Positions 61,215 to 64,000 of a DNA stretch of 64,000 nucleotides are shown in pieces. The notes beneath the pieces are model-generated. The model had not been told where the DNA came from and searched no databases. It saw only the letters and a list, made by a program, of their open reading frames with translations. The stretch lies in assembly GCA_000092065.1 (NCBI GenBank), contig CP000600.1; one strand, written 5' to 3'. The stretch is from Ostreococcus lucimarinus. Taxonomy: Eukaryota. Each line of letters opens with the position of its first letter. Position 1 is the first letter of the stretch. The position numbers and the translations under genes are program-made.

Positions 61215-62405
61215 TCAATTCGTTGGTTTCGCGAGCCTCGCTCGCGCGGCGTCGACGGCGACGTCGTACGGGAGATACGCGACGTTATACTCGATCGTGT
61301 GCCCTCCGTCGACGCACGAACCTCGCGCACTCTCGGCGTCGAGCATGAATGGTAGTTCGATGCGTTCGGAGGGTAATCCCGTGACGTCCACAGTCAACGC
61401 TTCACGAACGACGTGGACGCCGACATCGCGAGCGCTTTTGCCTCGCGGCACGCCTACGCGAAGCTTTACGGATGTCACCGGCCGCCCGAGAAATTCGATG
61501 GAGTGATCGATCCCGCTTCGTATCTCCGCACGTGACACGCTCGGCGTGTTCTGAACAACCGTTCGCGTCTCAACCAGGGAAGGACGCGTCTCCGCGAGAA
61601 GTCGCAGCGGCGGAGGCGGGTCGGCGCCGATGAACTTTCGCGCCGGCAATCTATATTCGGTATCGAGCGCTATCCCGTACGTTTCTCGGCATCGTCGCAA
61701 ACTTAGCTCTGCGATGAGTCGCTTCAGCGGCTTGTAGACCTCCGCGTGACGCAGGACGACGTCGTTGAAGGCGACGTCGAACACCGTGCACGGATTCGCG
61801 TTAGAGTCGACGTCCGCGCGCGCCCGTCCTTCGCGCAGAGGGAACACCAAAGCGTCGTCGTCTCCGTCTCGAACGGAGTGCTTTTTGTGCTCGAGCGCGG
61901 CGATGACGCGCTTAGGCATTAGCCCCCGACGCCACTCGTCGTTGCCCGCGGCGGGCGCCGCGACGTCGTGGCTCGCGCACACGTTGACGAACACCTTCAT
62001 CCCACTCGCATCCCTCGTCTTCACCACGAATGCCGGCGTGAGCGCGATAGTGTTTCTCACGGTCGTCCGAGCGTCGATCGTCGCGTCGGCAAACTCTCTC
62101 AGTTTCCCAGCGGCTGCCTGGCGCAACAAGCTCGCCGTCTCGCGCAGCGCGTCCTCGACGTCGCCGCCGTCGTCCTCCGTCGTCAACGCCCGCACCATCT
62201 CCGCAATCAACGCTCGTAACCCAGCAAGCCCGCCCTCGTCGTCGCCTTCGAGCAGCGCCGTGAGCGCGCGCACGTCGAAGGACTCGTCGTCTTCGTCGAC
62301 ACCGACGCCGAAACGTCGTGCGTCGGCGCGATAGTCGTCGACGTACGACGTGAACGCGCGCGCGATGCGTTCGGTGTCACTTCGCGCGTCCCGTTCGCTC
62401 GTCAT
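61215..62405 (-). CDS. PIH1-domain protein (R2TP co-chaperone / dynein-assembly factor family)
   Basis: 'GMKVFVNVCASHDVAAPA…EWRRGLMP' matches the PIH1 N-terminal domain. The C-terminal 'VKLRVGVPRGKSARDVGVHVVREALTVDVTGLPSERIELPF' is CS-like, as in PIH1D1/kintoun. The ORF starts at an ATG. Confidence 0.6.
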   Translation of the reverse strand: MTSERDARSDTERIARAFTSYVDDYRADARRFGVGVDEDDESFDVRALTALLEGDDEGGLAGLRALIAEMVRALTTEDDGGDVEDALRETASLLRQAAAGKLREFADATIDARTTVRNTIALTPAFVVKTRDASGMKVFVNVCASHDVAAPAAGNDEWRRGLMPKRVIAALEHKKHSVRDGDDDALVFPLREGRARADVDSNANPCTVFDVAFNDVVLRHAEVYKPLKRLIAELSLRRCRETYGIALDTEYRLPARKFIGADPPPPLRLLAETRPSLVETRTVVQNTPSVSRAEIRSGIDHSIEFLGRPVTSVKLRVGVPRGKSARDVGVHVVREALTVDVTGLPSERIELPFMLDAESARGSCVDGGHTIEYNVAYLPYDVAVDAARARLAKPTN

Positions 62406-62741
62406 CGCGCGCGCGGCGCCCGAACGCGACCAAGTGACGCGATGCGCGTCGCCGCACTCGTGAAAGACAGTGACGGGATGGATGCGATGCGCGTCGGAAC
62501 GTCAGAACGCGACGCGCCGAGCGCGGCGGCGACGCCGAGACGCGCCGAGCGCCGCCCGCGGCGACGACGACGCTCGCGGTGACGACGACTTCGCGCGTTG
62601 ATCGACGACTCGCGCGCATACGACGCGCTTCGACTCCATCGCGTCGGTCGCCCCGCGGCCGTTGGCGCGTCGTCGCGACGTTCGCTCGCGTTGACGCGGA
62701 CGATGATGACGCGCGCGCGCGGCGAACGGCGCGGCGCGAAG

Positions 62742-63725
62742 ATGATGGCGCTCATCGTCGCGTCGTTGGCGACGCTCGTTCGAGGAGATGAGTACAGCGT
62801 GAACATTGAACGCGCCATCGTCAACTCGAAGGGCTTGCAAGCCGTCGGCGCGCTCGACGCGCTTTCGGCGCGACTTTTGGAAGCGTTGTGCGAGAGCGAC
62901 GAGACTTCGTGCGAAGCATACGAAACGACGAGGAAAAGCTTATGGTTGACTTTCGGGAACGACTACATCTGTCAGGTGGGGAGCGACGCAGACGCGACGT
63001 GGAACGCCATCGACACGACGTCGACGCAGGGCGGTATCGCCGTTTTGTTGTCAAAGTGCTCGCGCGCCTGGTTGGGCGATCTCGAGCAAGCGGTGTTAAA
63101 TCTAGCGCCGCGGTTTTTAGCGCAAGCGTCGTTGCAACGCGCGGACGTCGCCGCCGTGATCGCTGCGAACGACGCGGCGGCGGGACGCGCGGCGACGCAG
63201 GCGGGCGACAACTTAGACGACCTGCATCCGAGCTACATAGCAAACTTGGCTCCGATCGCGACAGAGTTAACGTCGTTCAGTGAATCGCGACCTGTAGTCG
63301 TGACCGCGACGGCGACGGCGGACGAGAGTACGTACTACTCGGGTTTCAGCACCGACGTCAAGTCTGCGATAGCCGCATCGCGAGCACGCGGCGCGAAGAG
63401 CGTCGCCGGTTCCACGGAGGCGTTTCCGGATGCCTACGTGAAACGCGTTGAAACGGCGCAGGTTTCGCTGGACTTATATCGTGGAAGGTATCTCGAGCAT
63501 CCATACGCGAAGGCGCACTACGACAAAGCGATCAAGTGCGCCGGGCAGTCGACGAACGACGCGCTGTGCTACAACCGCGTTGTACCCGAGATCGGTTACA
63601 CGCACAGCGCGGACGGAACGAGACTGCTCTCGTCGTACGGTGAACCACTCGCGACAAACTTTGTTGATTATAACCAGCCCGCAACGTACGTCGCGGGCGT
63701 GCGGCTATCCTCGCAAACGCGTTGA
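62742..63725 (+). CDS. Hypothetical secreted protein (signal peptide 'MMALIVASLATLVRG'), subtelomeric
   Basis: The ATG at 62742 begins a hydrophobic signal peptide followed by roughly 310 aa of non-repetitive Cys-containing sequence. It has no recognisable family. It is the last gene before the telomere. Confidence 0.45.
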   Translation: MMALIVASLATLVRGDEYSVNIERAIVNSKGLQAVGALDALSARLLEALCESDETSCEAYETTRKSLWLTFGNDYICQVGSDADATWNAIDTTSTQGGIAVLLSKCSRAWLGDLEQAVLNLAPRFLAQASLQRADVAAVIAANDAAAGRAATQAGDNLDDLHPSYIANLAPIATELTSFSESRPVVVTATATADESTYYSGFSTDVKSAIAASRARGAKSVAGSTEAFPDAYVKRVETAQVSLDLYRGRYLEHPYAKAHYDKAIKCAGQSTNDALCYNRVVPEIGYTHSADGTRLLSSYGEPLATNFVDYNQPATYVAGVRLSSQTR

Positions 63726-63790
63726 GACGCGCGTCGCGCGTTTGTGTGAAACACAAAGGGATCGAAAATAAACGAATTGATTCCAAAAAA

Positions 63791-63795
63791 TGTAA
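63791..63795 (+). promoter_or_regulatory. Putative TGTAA polyadenylation signal for the last gene
   Basis: 'aaaaaatgtaagat' lies 66 nt after the stop at 63725. TGTAA is the green-algal poly(A) signal. The same pentamer sits 12 to 45 nt after the stops of PRP6 (7874), NAA30 (8515), the hydrolase (24910), Yip1 (32154) and the K+ channel (48316). Confidence 0.35.
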
Positions 63796-63873
63796 GATAT
63801 CGAATGAATAGCTATCCCCGCGTCGTCGCCGTCGCCGTCGTCGTCGTCCCTTTGTGTCTCCGCGCCGTCGTCG

Positions 63874-64000
63874 GTTTAGGGTTTAGGGTTTAGGGTTTAG
63901 GGTTTAGGGTTTAGGGTTTAGGGTTTAGGGTTTAGGGTTTAGGGTTTAGGGTTTAGGGTTTAGGGTTTAGGGTTTAGGGTTTAGGGTTTAGGGTTTAGGG
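63874..64000 (+). repeat. Telomere: (TTTAGGG)n, about 18 units, G-rich strand 5'->3' toward window end
   Basis: Read directly: 'ggtttagggtttagggtttaggg…' continues to the last base. This is the Arabidopsis-type telomere repeat. Confidence 0.95.

Noticed and set aside
1-64000. Prokaryotic-style features (CRISPR arrays, operons, defence islands, IS elements)
   Set aside because: The sequence is clearly eukaryotic nuclear DNA. It has a telomere, spliceosomal introns, and genes for spliceosome, ESCRT, SNARE and Arp2/3 components. No direct-repeat/spacer arrays or transposase ORFs were seen.

Overview
This is a eukaryotic window, about 65% GC, that runs to a chromosome end. It finishes in a (TTTAGGG)n plant/green-alga type telomere tract. 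The gene content, the extreme compactness and the codon usage point to a Mamiellophyceae-like picoalga (Micromonas-like); this taxon guess is inference.

I count about 43 protein-coding genes, roughly one per 1.5 kb, and almost all are intronless. By recognising conserved protein motifs in the supplied ORFs and in my own translations, I assigned most of them to known families. Three genes needed a short intron (129 to 245 nt) to restore a complete conserved protein: TM9SF, PRP6 and PLATZ. All three introns use a GTGCG(T/G/A) donor and carry a CTGAC branch point 25 to 50 nt upstream of the acceptor.

The M at the start of each ORF-track entry is often TTG, GTG or CTG. I therefore moved starts to the first in-frame ATG where homology or an N-terminal transit-peptide-like tract supported it. 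The ORF track omits ORFs that run off the window edge; the TM9SF gene at the left end is one of these.

Many long ORFs are the antisense of real genes in GC-rich DNA, and I did not call them. I found no rRNA or tRNA genes, no CRISPR, no prokaryotic operon structure and no obvious transposon. I do not see a single compact system such as a defence island. The items most worth following up are in the findings below.
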